Below the pieces are notes generated by a model that made no database searches, was not told the DNA's origin, and was given only the letters and a program-made list of their open reading frames with translations. DNA of 64,000 bases, from assembly GCA_964016885.1 (NCBI GenBank), contig OZ024741.1, positions 202,058,001 through 202,122,000 on the forward strand, written 5' to 3'. Positions 24,401 through 36,400 of this stretch are shown piece by piece. The DNA is from Eledone cirrhosa. Taxonomy: Eukaryota. Made by a program: the position numbers and the translations under genes. Position 1 is the first letter of the stretch, and each line of letters starts with the position of its first letter.

Positions 24401-27400
24401 GGTGGAAGTAGTGTTGGTGGTGGAAGTAGTGTTGGTGGTGAGAGTAGTGTTGGTGGTGAGAGTAATGTTGGTGGTGAGAGTAGTGTTGGTGGTGAGAGTA
24501 GTGTTGGTGGTGAGAGTAGTGTTGGTGGTGGGAGTAGTGTTGGTGGTGAGAGTAGTGTTGGTGGTGGGAGTAGTGTTGGTGGTGAGAGTAGTGTTGGTGG
24601 TGGGAGTAGTGTTGGTGGTGGGAGTAGTGTTGGTGGTGGGAGTAGTGTTGGTGGTGAGAGTAGTGTTGGTGGTGGGAGTAGTGTTGGTGGTGAGAGTAGT
24701 GTTGGTGGTGAGAGTAGTGTTGGTGGTTGAAGTAGTGTTGCTGGTGGGAGTAGTGTTGGTGGTGGGAGTTGTGTTGGTGGTGGGAGTAGTGTTGGTGGTG
24801 GAAGTAGTGTTGGTGGTGGGAGTAGTGTTGGTGGTGAGAGTAGTGTTGGTGGTGAGAGTAGTGTTGGTGGTGAGAGTAGTGTTGGTGGTGAGAGTAGTGT
24901 TGGTGGTGAGAGTAGTGTTGGTGGTGAGAGTAGTGTTGGTGGTGGGAGTAGTGTTGGTGGTGGAAGTAGTGTTGGTGGTGAGAGTAGTGTTGGTGGTGGG
25001 AGTAGTGTTGGTGGTGGGAGTACTGTTGGTGGAGGGAGTTGTGTTGGTGGTGGAAGTAGTGTTGGTGGTGAGAGTAGTGTTGGTGGTGAGAGTAGTGTTG
25101 GTGGTGGGAGTAGTGTTGGTGGTGGGAGTAGTGTTGGTGGTGGGAGTAGTGTTGATGGTGAGAGTAGTGTTGGTGGTGAGAGTAGTGTTGGTGGTGATAG
25201 TAGTGTTGGTGGTGAGAGTAGTGTTGGTGGTGGGAGTAATGTTGGTGGTGAGAGTAGTGTTGGTGGTGGGAGTAGTGTTGGTGGTGGGAGTAGTGTTGGT
25301 GTTGGGAGTAGTGTTGGTGGTGAGAGTAGTGTTGGGAGTAGTGTTGGTGGTGAGAATAGTGTTGGAGGTGGAAGTAGTGTTGGTGGTGGAAGTAGTGTTG
25401 GTGGTGAGAGTAGTGTTGGTGGTGGGAGTAGTGTTGGTGGTGAGAGTAGTGTTGGTGGTGGGAGTAGTGTTGGTGGTGAGAGTAGTGTTGGAGTTGGAAG
25501 TAGTGTTGGTGGTGGAAGTAGTGTTGGTGGTGAGAGTAGTGTTGGTGGTGGAAGTAGTGTTGGTGGTGGGAGTAGTGTTGGTGGTGGGAGTAGTGTTGGT
25601 GGTGGGAGTAGTGTTGGTGGTGAGAGTAGTGTTGGTGGTGGAAGTAGTGTTGGTGGTGGAAGTAGTGTTGGTGGTGGGAGTAGTGTTGGTGGTGGGAGTA
25701 GTGTTGGTGGTGAGAGTAGTGTTGGTGGTGCGAGTAGTGTTGGTGGTGGGAGTAGTGTTGGTGGTGGAAGTAGTGTTGGTGGTGGGAGTAGTGTTGGTGG
25801 TGGAAGTAGTGTTGGTGGTGGGAGTAGTGTTGGTGGTGGGAGTAGTGTTGGTGGTGGGAGTAGTGTGGTGGTGAGAGTAGTGATGGTGGTGGAAGTAGTG
25901 TTCGGAGTAGTGTTGGTGGTGGAGTAGTGTTGGTGGTGGGAGTAGTGTTGGTGGTGAGAGTAGTGTGGGTGGTGAGAGTAGTGTTGGTGGTGAGAGTAGT
26001 GTTGGTGGTGAGAGTAGTGTTGGTGGTGGAAGTAGTGTTGGTGGTGAGAGTAGTGTTGGTGGTGGAAGTAGTGTTGGTGGTGGGAGTAGTGTTGGTGGTG
26101 GGAGTAGTGTTGGTGGTGCAAGTAGTGTTGGTGGAGGGAGTAGTGTTGGTGGAGGGAGTTGTGTTGGTGGAGGGAGTTGTGTTGGTGGTGGGAGTAGTGT
26201 TGGTGGTGGGAGTAGTGTTGGTGGAGGAAGTAGTGTTGGTGGTGGGAGTAGTGTTGGTGGTGAGAGTAGTGATGGTGGTGGAAGTAGTGTTGGGAGTAGT
26301 GTTGGTGGTGGGAGTAGTGTTGGTGGTGGAGTAGTGTTGGTGGTGAGAGTAGTGTTGGTGGTGGAAGTAGTGTTGGTGGTGGGAGTAGTGTTGGTGGTGG
26401 GAGTAGTGTTGGTGTGGAAGTAGTGTTGGTGGAGGGAGTAGTGTTGGTGGAGGGAGTTGTGTTGGTGGAGGGAGTTGTGTTGTGGTGGGAGTAGTGTTGG
26501 TGGTGGGAGTACTGTTGGTGGTGGGAGTAGTGTTGGTGGTGGAAGTAGTGTTGGTGGTGGGAGTACTGTTGGTGGTGGAGTAGTGTTGGTGGTGGAAGTA
26601 GTGTTGGTGGTGGAGTAGTGTTGGTGGTGGAAGTAGTGTTGGTGGTGAGAGTTGTGTTGGTGGTGGGAGTAGTGTTGGTGGTGGGAGTACTGTTGGTGGT
26701 GGGAGTAGTGTTGGTGGTGGAGTAGTGTTGGTGGTGAGAGTAGCGTTGGTGGTGGGAGTAGCGTTGGTGGTGGGAGTAGCGTTGGTGGTGGAGTAGTGTG
26801 GTGGTGAAAGTAGTGTTGGTGGTAGAGTAGTGTTGGTGGTGAGAGTAGTGTTGGTGGTGGAAGTAGTGTTGGTGGAGGGAGTAGTGTTGGTGGAGGGAGT
26901 TGTGTTGGTGGAGGGAGTTGTGTTGGTGGTGGGAGTAGTGTTGGTGGTGGGAGTACTGTTGGTGGTGGGAGTAGTGTTGGTGGTGGAAGTAGTGTTGGTG
27001 GTGAGAGTAGCGTTGGTGGTGGAAATAGTGTTGGTGGTGGAAGTAGTGTTGGTGGTGAGAGTAGTGTTGGTGGTGGGAGTAGTGTTGGTGGAGGGAGTAG
27101 TGTTGGTGGTGAGAGTAGTGTTGGTGGTGGGAGTAGTGTTGGTGGTGAGAGTAGTGTGGGTGGTGAGAGTAGTGTTGGTGGTGAGAGTAGTGTTGGTGGT
27201 GGTGGGAGTAGTGTTGGTGGTGGTGGGAGTAGTGTTGGTGGTGGGAGTAGTGTTGGTGGTGAGAGTAGTGTTGGTGGTGAGAGTTGTGTTGGTGGTGGGA
27301 GTAGTGTTGGTGGTGGGAGTAGTGTTGGTGGTGGGAGTAGTGTTGGTGGTGAGAGTAGTGTTGGTGGTGAGAGTAGTGTTTGGTGGTGGAAGTAGTGTTG

Positions 27401-30400
27401 GTGGTGAGAGTAGTGTTGGTGGTGAGAGTAATGTTGGTGGTGAGAGTAATGTTGGTGGTGAGAGTAGTGTTGGTGGTGAGAGTAGTGTTGGTGGTGGAGT
27501 AGTGTTGGTGGTGGAGTAGTGTTGGTGGTGAGAGTAGTGTTGGTGGTGAGAGTAGTGTTGGTGGTGAGAGTAGTGTTGGTGGTGAGAGTAGTGTTGGTGG
27601 TGGAAGTAGTGTTGGTGGTGGAAGTAGTGTTGGTGGTGAGAGTAGTGTTGGTGGTGAGAGTAATGTTGGTGGTGAGAGTAGTGTTGGTGGTGAGAGTAGT
27701 GTTGGTGGTGGGAGTAGTGTTGGTGGTGAGAGTAGTGTTGGTGGTGAGAGTAGTGTTGGTGGTGGGAGTAGTGTTGGTGGTGAGAGTAGTGTTGGTGGTG
27801 GGAGTAGTGTTGGTGGTGAGAGTAGTGTTGGTGGTGGGAGTAGTGTTGGTGGTGAGAGTAGTGTTGGTGGTGAGAGTAGTGTTGGTGGTTGAAGTAGTGT
27901 TGCTGGTGGGAGTAGTGTTGGTGGTGGGAATTGTGTTGGTGGTGGGAGTAGTGTTGGTGGTGGAAGTAGTGTTGGTGGTGGGAGTAGTGTTGGTGGTGAG
28001 AGTAGTGTTGGTGGTGAGAGTAGTGTTGGTGGTGAGAGTAGTGTTGGTGGTGAGAGTAGTGTTGGTGGTGAGAGTAGTGTTGGTGGTGAGAGTAGTGTTG
28101 GTGGTGGGAGTAGTGTTGGTGGTGGAAGTAGTGTTGGTGGTGAGAGTAGTGTTGGTGGTGGGAGTAGTGTTGGTGGTGGGAGTAGTGTTGGTGGAGGGAG
28201 TTGTGTTGGTGGTGGGAGTAGTGTTGGTGGTGAGAGTAGTGTTGGTGGTGAGAGTAGTGTTGGTGGTGGGAGTAGTGTTGCTGGTGAGAGTAGTGTTGGA
28301 GGTGGAAGTAGTGTTGGTGGTGGGAGTAGTGTTGGTGGTGGGAGTAGTGTTGGTGGTGAGAGTAGTGTTGGTGGTGAGAGTAGTGTTGGTGGTGAGAGTA
28401 GTGTTGGTGGTGAGAGTAGTGTTGGTGGTGGAAGTAGTGTTGGTGGTGGGAGTAGTGTTGGTGGTGGAAGTAGTGTTGGTGGTGGGAGTAGTGTTGGTGG
28501 TGGGAGTTGTGTTGGTGGTGAGAGTTGTGTTGGTGGTGAGAGTAGTGTTGGTGGTGAGAGTAGTGTTGGTGGTGGGAGTAGTGTTGGTGGTGGAAGTAGT
28601 GTTGGTGGTGGAAGTAGTGGTGGTGAAAGTAGTGTTGGTGGTGGGAGTAGTGTTGGTGGTGGAAGTAGTGTTGGTGGTGGAAGTAGTGTTGGTGGTGGAA
28701 GTAGTGTTGGTGGTGGGAGTAGTGTTGGTGGTGGGAGTAGTGTTGCTGGTGGGAGTAGTGTTGGTGGTGAGAGTAGTGTTGGTGGTGGGAGTTGTGTTGG
28801 TGGTGAGAGTAGTGTTGGTGGTGAGAGTGGTGTTGGTGGTGAGAGTGGTGTTGGTGGTGAGAGTAGTGTTGGTGGTGAGAGTGGTGTTGGTGGTGAGAGT
28901 AGTGTTGGTGGTGGGAGTAATGTTGGTGGTGAGAGTAGTGTTGGTGGTGGGAGTAGTGTTGGTGGTGGGAGTAGTGTTGGTGGTGAGAGTAGTGTTGGTG
29001 GTGGGAGTAGTGTTGGTGGTGGGAGTAGTGTTGGTGGTGGAAGTAGTGTTGGTGGTTGAAGTAGTGTTGGTGGTGAGAGTAGTGTTGGTGGTTGAAGTAG
29101 TGTTGGTGGTGGGAGTAGTGTTGGTGGTGAGAGTAGTGTTGGTGGTGGGAGTAGTGTTGGTGGTGAGAGTGTTGGTGGTGAGAGTAGTGTTGGTGGTGAG
29201 AGTAGTGTTGGTGGTGGGAGTAGTGTTGGTGGTGAGAGTGGTGTTGGTGGTGGAAGTAGTGTTGGTGGTGAGAGTAGTGTTGGTGGTGAGAGTAGTGTTG
29301 GTGGTGAGAGTAGTGTTGGTGGTGAGAGTAGTGTTGGTGGTGGGAGTAGTGTTGGTGGTGGGAGTAGTGTTGGTGGTGGGAGTAGTGTTGATGGTGAGAG
29401 TAGTGTTGGTGGTGAGAGTAGTGTTGGTGGTGATAGTAGTGTTGGTGGTGAGAGTAGTGTTGGTGGTGGGAGTAATGTTGGTGGTGAGAGTAGTGTTGGT
29501 GGTGGGAGTAGTGTTGGTGGTGGGAGTAGTGTTGGTGTTGGGAGTAGTGTTGGTGGTGAGAGTAGTGTTGGTGGTGGGAGTAGTGTTGGTGGTGGGAGTA
29601 GTGTTGGAGGTGGAAGTAGTGTTGGTGGTGGAAGTAGTGTTGGTGGTGGAAGTAGTGTTGGTGGTGGAAGTAGTGTTGGTGGTGAGAGTAGTGTTGGTGG
29701 TTGAAGTAGTGTTGCTGGTGGGAGTAGTGTTGGTGGTGGGAATTGTGTTGGTGGTGGGAGTAGTGTTGGTGGTGGAAGTAGTGTTGGTGGTGGGAGTAGT
29801 GTTGGTGGTGAGAGTAGTGTTGGTGGTGAGAGTAGTGTTGGTGGTGAGAGTAGTGTTGGTGGTGAGAGTAGTGTTGGTGGTGAGAGTAGTGTTGGTGGTG
29901 AGAGTAGTGTTGGTGGTGGGAGTAGTGTTGGTGGTGGAAGTAGTGTTGGTGGTGAGAGTAGTGTTGGTGGTGGGAGTAGTGTTGGTGGTGGGAGTAGTGT
30001 TGGTGGAGGGAGTTGTGTTGGTGGTGGGAGTAGTGTTGGTGGTGAGAGTAGTGTTGGTGGTGGGAGTAGTGTTGCTGGTGAGAGTAGTGTTGGAGGTGGA
30101 AGTAGTGTTGGTGGTGGGAGTAGTGTTGGTGGTGGGAGTAGTGTTGGTGGTGAGAGTAGTGTTGGTGGTGAGAGTAGTGTTGGTGGTGAGAGTAGTGTTG
30201 GTGGTGAGAGTAGTGTTGGTGGTGGAAGTAGTGTTGGTGGTGGGAGTAGTGTTGGTGGTGGAAGTAGTGTTGGTGGTGGGAGTAGTGTTGGTGGTGGGAG
30301 TTGTGTTGGTGGTGAGAGTTGTGTTGGTGGTGAGAGTAGTGTTGGTGGTGAGAGTAGTGTTGGTGGTGGGAGTAGTGTTGGTGGTGGAAGTAGTGTTGGT

Positions 30401-33400
30401 GGTGGAAGTAGTGGTGGTGAAAGTAGTGTTGGTGGTGGGAGTAGTGTTGGTGGTGAGAGTAGTGTTGGTGGTGGAAGTAGTGTTGGTGGTGGAAGTAGTG
30501 TTGGTGGTGGAAGTAGTGTTGGTGGTGGGAGTAGTGTTGGTGGTGGAAGTAGTGTTGGTGGTGGGAGTAGTGTTGGTGGTGGGAGTAGTGTTGCTGGTGG
30601 GAGTAGTGTTGGTGGTGAGAGTAGTGTTGGTGGTGGGAGTTGTGTTGGTGGTGAGAGTAGTGTTGGTGGTGAGAGTGGTGTTGGTGGTGAGAGTAGTGTT
30701 GGTGGTGAGAGTGGTGTTGGTGGTGAGAGTAGTGTTGGTGGTGGGAGTAATGTTGGTGGTGAGAGTAGTGTTGGTGGTGGGAGTAGTGTTGGTGGTGGGA
30801 GTAGTGTTGGTGGTGAGAGTAGTGTTGGTGGTGGGAGTAGTGTTGGTGGTGGGAGTAGTGTTGGTGGTGGAAGTAGTGTTGGTGGTTGAAGTAGTGTTGG
30901 TGGTGAGAGTAGTGTTGGTGGTTGAAGTAGTGTTGGTGGTGGGAGTAGTGTTGGTGGTGAGAGTAGTGTTGGTGGTGGGAGTAGTGTTGGTGGTGAGAGT
31001 GTTGGTGGTGAGAGTAGTGTTGGTGGTGAGAGTAGTGTTGGTGGTGGGAGTAGTGTTGGTGGTGAGAGTGGTGTTGGTGGTGGAAGTAGTGTTGGTGGTG
31101 AGAGTGGTGTTGGTGGTGGAAGTAGTGTTGGTGGTGAGAGTAGTGTTGGTGGTGAGAGTAGTGTTGGTGGTGAGAGTAGTGTTGGTGGTGGGAGTAGTGT
31201 TGGTGGTGGGAGTAGTGTTGGTGGTGGGAGTAGTGTTGATGGTGAGAGTAGTGTTGGTGGTGAGAGTAGTGTTGGTGGTGATAGTAGTGTTGGTGGTGAG
31301 AGTAGTGTTGGTGGTGGGAGTAATGTTGGTGGTGAGAGTAGTGTTGGTGGTGGGAGTAGTGTTGGTGGTGGGAGTAGTGTTGGTGTTGGGAGTAGTGTTG
31401 GTGGTGAGAGTAGTGTTGGTGGTGGGAGTAGTGTTGGTGGTGGGAGTAGTGTTGGAGGTGGAAGTAGTGTTGGTGGTGGAAGTAGTGTTGGTGGTGAGAG
31501 TAGTGTTGGTGGTGGGAGTAGTGTTGGTGGTGAGAGTAGTGTTGGTGGTGGGAGTAGTGTTGGTGGTGAGAGTAGTGTTGGAGTTGGAAGTAGTGTTGGT
31601 GGTGGAAGTAGTGTTGGTGGTGAGAGTAGTGTTGGTGGTGGAAGTAGTGTTGGTGGTGGGAGTAGTGTTGGTGGTGGGAGTAGTGTTGGTGGTGGGAGTA
31701 GTGTTGGTGGTGGGAGTAGTGTTGGTGGTGGAAGTAGTGTTGGTGGTGGGAGTAGTGTTGGTGGTGGGAGTAGTGTTGGTGGTGAGAGTAGTGTTGGTGG
31801 TGAGAGTAGTGTTGGTGGTGAGAGTAGTGTTGGAGGTGGAAGTAGTGTTGGTGGTGGAAGTAGTGTTGGTGGTGGGAGTAGTGTTGGGAGTAGTGTTGGT
31901 GGTGAGAGTAGTGTTGGTGGTGAGAGTAGTGTTGGAGCTGGAAGTAGTGTTGGTGATGGAAGTAGTGTTGGTGGTGAGAGTAGTGTTGGTGGTGAGAGTA
32001 GTGTTGGTGGTGGAAGTAGTGTTGGTGGTGGGAGTAGTGTTGGTGGTGGGAGTAGTGTTGGTGGTGAGAGTAGTGTTGGTGGTGGGAGTAGTGTTGGTGG
32101 TGAGAGTAGTGTTGGTGGTGGGAGTAGTGTTGGTGGTGGGAGTAGTGTTGGTGGTGAGAGTAGTGTTGGTGGTGGAAGTAGTGTTGGTGGTGGGAGTAGT
32201 GTTGGTGGTGAGAGTAGTGTTGGTGGTGGAAGTAGTGTTGGTGGTGGGAGTAGTGTTGGTGGTGGAAGTAGTGTTGGTGGTGGGAGTAGTGTTGGATGTG
32301 GAAGTAGTGTTGGTGGTGAGAGTAGTGTTGGTGGTGAGAGTAGTGTTGGTGGTGGAAGTAGTGTTGGGAGTAGTGTTGGTGGTGGGAGTAGTGTTGGTGG
32401 TGGGAGTAGTGTTGGTGGTGGGAGTAGTGTTGGTGGTGAGAGTAGTGTTGGTGGTGGGAGTAGTGTTGGTGGTGGGAGTAGTGTTGGTGGTGGGAGTAGT
32501 GTTGTTGGTGGGAGTAGTGTTGGTGGTGGAAGTAGTGTTGGTGGTGGAAGTAGTGTTGGGAGTAGTGTTGGTGGTGAGAGTAGTGTTGGTGGTGGAAGTA
32601 GTGTTGGTGGTGGGAGTAGTGTTGGTGGAGGGAGTAGTGTTGGTGGTGGGAGTAGTGTTGGTGGTGAGAGTATCGTTGGTGGTGGGAGTAGTGTTGGTGG
32701 TGAGAGTAGTGTTAGTGGTGAGAGTAGTGTTGGTGGTGAGAGTAGTGTTGGTGGTGAGAGTAGTGTTGGTGGTTGAAGTAGTGTTGGTGGTGAGAGTAGT
32801 GTTGGTGGTGAGAGTGGTGTTGGTGGTGGGAGTAATGTTGGTGGTGGGAGTAGTGTTGGTGGTGGGAGTAGTGTTGGTGGTGGGAGTAGTGTTGGTGGTG
32901 GGAGTAGTGTTGGTGGTGAGAGTAGTGTTGGTGGTGGGAGTAGTGTTGGTGGTGGGAGTAGTGTTGGTGGTGGGAGTAGTGTTGGTGGTGAGAGTAGTGT
33001 TGGTGGTGGGAGTAGTGTTGGTGGTGAGAGTAGTGTTGGTGGTGGGAGTAGTGTTGGTGGTGAGAGTAGTGTTGATGGTGGGAGTAGTGTTGGTGGTGAG
33101 AGTAGTGTTGGTGGTGAGAGTAGTGTTGGTGGTGAGAGTAGTGTTGGTGGTGGGAGTAGTGTTGGTGGTGGGAGTAGTGTTGGTGGTGAGAGTAGTGTTG
33201 GTGGTGAGAGTGGTGAGAGTAGTGTTGGTGGTGAGAGTAGTGTTGGTGGTGAGAGTAGTGTTGGTGGTGGGAGTAGTGTTGGTGGTGGGAGTAGTGTTGG
33301 TGGTGAGAGTAGTGTTGGTGGTGAGAGTGGTGGGAGTAGTGTTGGTGGAGGGAGTAGTGTTGGTGGTGAGAGTAGTGTTGGTGGTGGAAGTAGTGTTGGT

Positions 33401-36400
33401 GGTGGGAGTAGTGTTGGTGGAGGGAGTAGTGTTGGTGGAGGGAGTAGTGTTGGTGGTGGAAGTAGTGTTGGTGGTGGGAGTAGTGTTGGTGGTGAGAGTA
33501 TCGTTGGTGGTGGGAGTAGTGTTGGTGGTGAGAGTAGTGTTGGTGGTGAGAGTAGTGTTGGTGGTGAGAGTAGTGTTGGTGGTGAGAGTAGTGTTGGTGG
33601 TGAGAGTAGTGTTGGTGGTGAGAGTAGTGTTGGTGGTTGAAGTAGTGTTGGTGGTGAGAGTAGTGTTGGTGGTGAGAGTGGCGTTGGTGGTGGGAGTAAT
33701 GTTGGTGGTGGGAGTAGTGTTGGTGGTGAGAGTAGTGTTGGTGGTGAGAGTAGTGTTGGTGGTGGGAGTAGTGTTGGTGGTGAGAGTAGTGTTGGTCGTG
33801 GGAGTAGTGTTGGTGGTGAGAGTAGTGTTGGTGGTGAGAGTAGTGTTGGTGGTGAGAGTAGTGTTGGTGGTGGGAGTAGTGTTGGTGGTGGAAGTAGTGT
33901 TGGTGGTGGGAGTAGTGTTGGTGGTGGGAGTAGTGTTGGTGGTGAGAGTAGTGATGGTGGTGAGAGTAGTGTTGGTGGTGAGAGTAGTGTTGGTGGTGAG
34001 AGTAGTGTTGGTGGTAAGAGTAGTGTTGGTGGTGAGAGTAGTGTTGGTGGTGAGAGTAGTGTTGGTGGTGAGAGTAGTGTTGGTGGTGAGAGTAGTGTTG
34101 GTGGTGAGAGTAGTGTTGGTGGTGAGAGTAGTGTTGGTGGTGGGAGTAGTGTTGGTGGTGAGAGTAGTGTTGGTGGTGAGAGTAGTGTTGGTGGTGAGAG
34201 TAGTGTTGGTGGTGAGAGTAGTGTTGGTGGTAAGAGTAGTGTTGGTGGTAAGAGTAGTGTTGGTGGTGAGAGTAGTGTTGGTGGTGAGAGTAGTGTTGGT
34301 GGTGAGAGTAGTGTTGGTGGTGAGAGTAGTGTTGGTGGTGAGAGTAGTGTTGGTGGTGGGAGTAGTGTTGGTGGTGGGAGTAGTGTTGGTGGTGAGAGTA
34401 GTGTTGGTGGTGAGAGTAGTGTTGGTGGTGAGAGTAGTGTTGGTGGTGAGAGTAGTGTTGGTTGTGGAAGTAGTGTTGGTGGTGGAAGTAGTGTTGGTGG
34501 TGAGAGTAGTGTTGGTGGTGAGAGTAGTGTTGGTGGTGAGAGTAGTGTTGGTGGTGAGAGTAGTGTTTGTGGTGAGAGTAGTGTTGGTGGTGGGAGTAGT
34601 GTTGGTGGTGAGAATAGTGTTGCTGGTGGGAGTAGTGTTGGTGGTGAGAATAGTGTTGCTGGTGGGAATAGTGTTGGTGGTGAGAGTAGTGTTGGTGGTG
34701 AGAGTAGTGTTGGCAGTGGGAGTAGTGTTGGTGGTGGGAGTAGTGTTGGTGGTGAGAGTAGTGTTGGTGGTGGAAGTAGTGTTGGTGGTGGAAGTAGTGT
34801 TGGTGGTGGGAGTAGTGTTGGTGGTGGGAGTAGTGTTGGTGGTGGAAGTACAGTTGGTGGTGGAAGTAGTGTTGGTGGTGAGAGTAGTGTTGGTGGTGAG
34901 AGTAGTGTTGGTGGTGAGAGTAGTGTTGGTGGTGGAAGTAGTGTTGGTGGTGGAAGTAGTGTTGGGAGTAGTGTTGGTGGTGGGAGTAGTGTTGGTGGTG
35001 GGAGTAGTGTTGGTGGTGAGAGTAGTGTTGGTGGTGGGAGTAGTGTTGGTGGTGGGAGTAGTGTTGGTGGTGAGAGTAGTGTTGGTGGTGAGAGTAGTGT
35101 GGGTGGTGAGAGTAGTGTTGGTGGTGGAAGTAGTGTTGGTGGTGGGAGTAGTGTTGTTGGTGGGAGTAGTGTTGTTGGTGAGAGTAGTGTTGGTGGTGAG
35201 AGTAGTGTTGGTGGTGGGAGTAGTGTTGGTGGTGAGAGTAGTGTTGGTGGAGGGAGTAGTGTTGGTGGTGAGAGTAGTGTTGGTGGTGGGAGTAGTGTTG
35301 GTGGTGAGAGTATCGTTGGTGGTGGGAGTAGTGTTGGTGGTGAGAGTAGTGTTGGTGGTGAGAGTAGTGTTGGTGGTGAGAGTAGTGTTGGTGGTTGAAG
35401 TAGTGTTGGTGGTGAGAGTAGTGTTGGTGGTGAGAGTAGTGTTGGTGGTGAGAGTGGTGTTGGTGGTGGGAGTAATGTTGGCGGTGGGAGTAGTGTTGGT
35501 GGTGGGAGTAGTGTTGGTCGTGGGAGTAGTGTTGGTGGTGAGAGTAGTGTTGGTGGTGAGAGTAGTGTTGGTGGTGAGAGTAGTGTTGGTGGTGGGAGTA
35601 GTGTTGGTGGTGGAAGTAGTGTTGGTGGTGGGAGTAGTGTTGGTGGTGGGAGTAGTGTTGGTGGTGAGAGTAGTGTTGGTGGTGAGAGTAGTGTTGGTGG
35701 TGAGAGTAGTGTTGGTGGTGAGAGTAGTGTTGGTGGTGGGAGTAGTGTTGGTGGTGGAAGTAGTGTTGGTGGTGAGAGTAGTGTTGGTGGTGAGAGTAGT
35801 GTTGGTGGTGAGAGTAGTGTTGGTGGTGAGAGTAGTGTTGGTGGTGAGAGTAGTGTTGGTGGTGAGAGTAGTGTTGGTGGTGAGAGTAGTGTTGGTGGTG
35901 AGAGTAGTGTTGGTGGTGAGAGTAGTGTTGGTGGTGAGAGTAGTGTTGGTGGTGAGAGTAGTGTTGGTGGTGAGAGTAGTGTTGGTGGTAAGAGTAGTGT
36001 TGGTGGTGAGAGTAGTGTTGGTGGTGAGAGTAGTGTTGGTGGTAAGAGTAGTGGTGGTAAGAGTAGTGTTGGTGGTAAGAGTAGTGTTGGTGGTGAGAGT
36101 AGTGTTGGTGGTGAGAGTAGTGTTGGTGGTGAGAGTAGTGTTGGTGGTGAGAGTAGTGTTGGTGGTGAGAGTAGTGTTGGTGGTCAGAGTAGTGTTGGTG
36201 GTCAGAGTAGTGTTGGTGGTGGGAGTAGTGTTGGTGGTGAGAGTAGTGTTGGTGGTGAGAGTAGTGTTGGTGGTGAGAGTAGTGTTGGTGGTGAGAGTAG
36301 TGTTGGTGGTGGAAGTAGTGTTGGTGGTGAGAGTAGTGTTGGTGGTGAGAGTAGTGTTGGTGGTGAGAGTAGTGTTGGTGGTGAGAGTAGTGTTGGTGGT

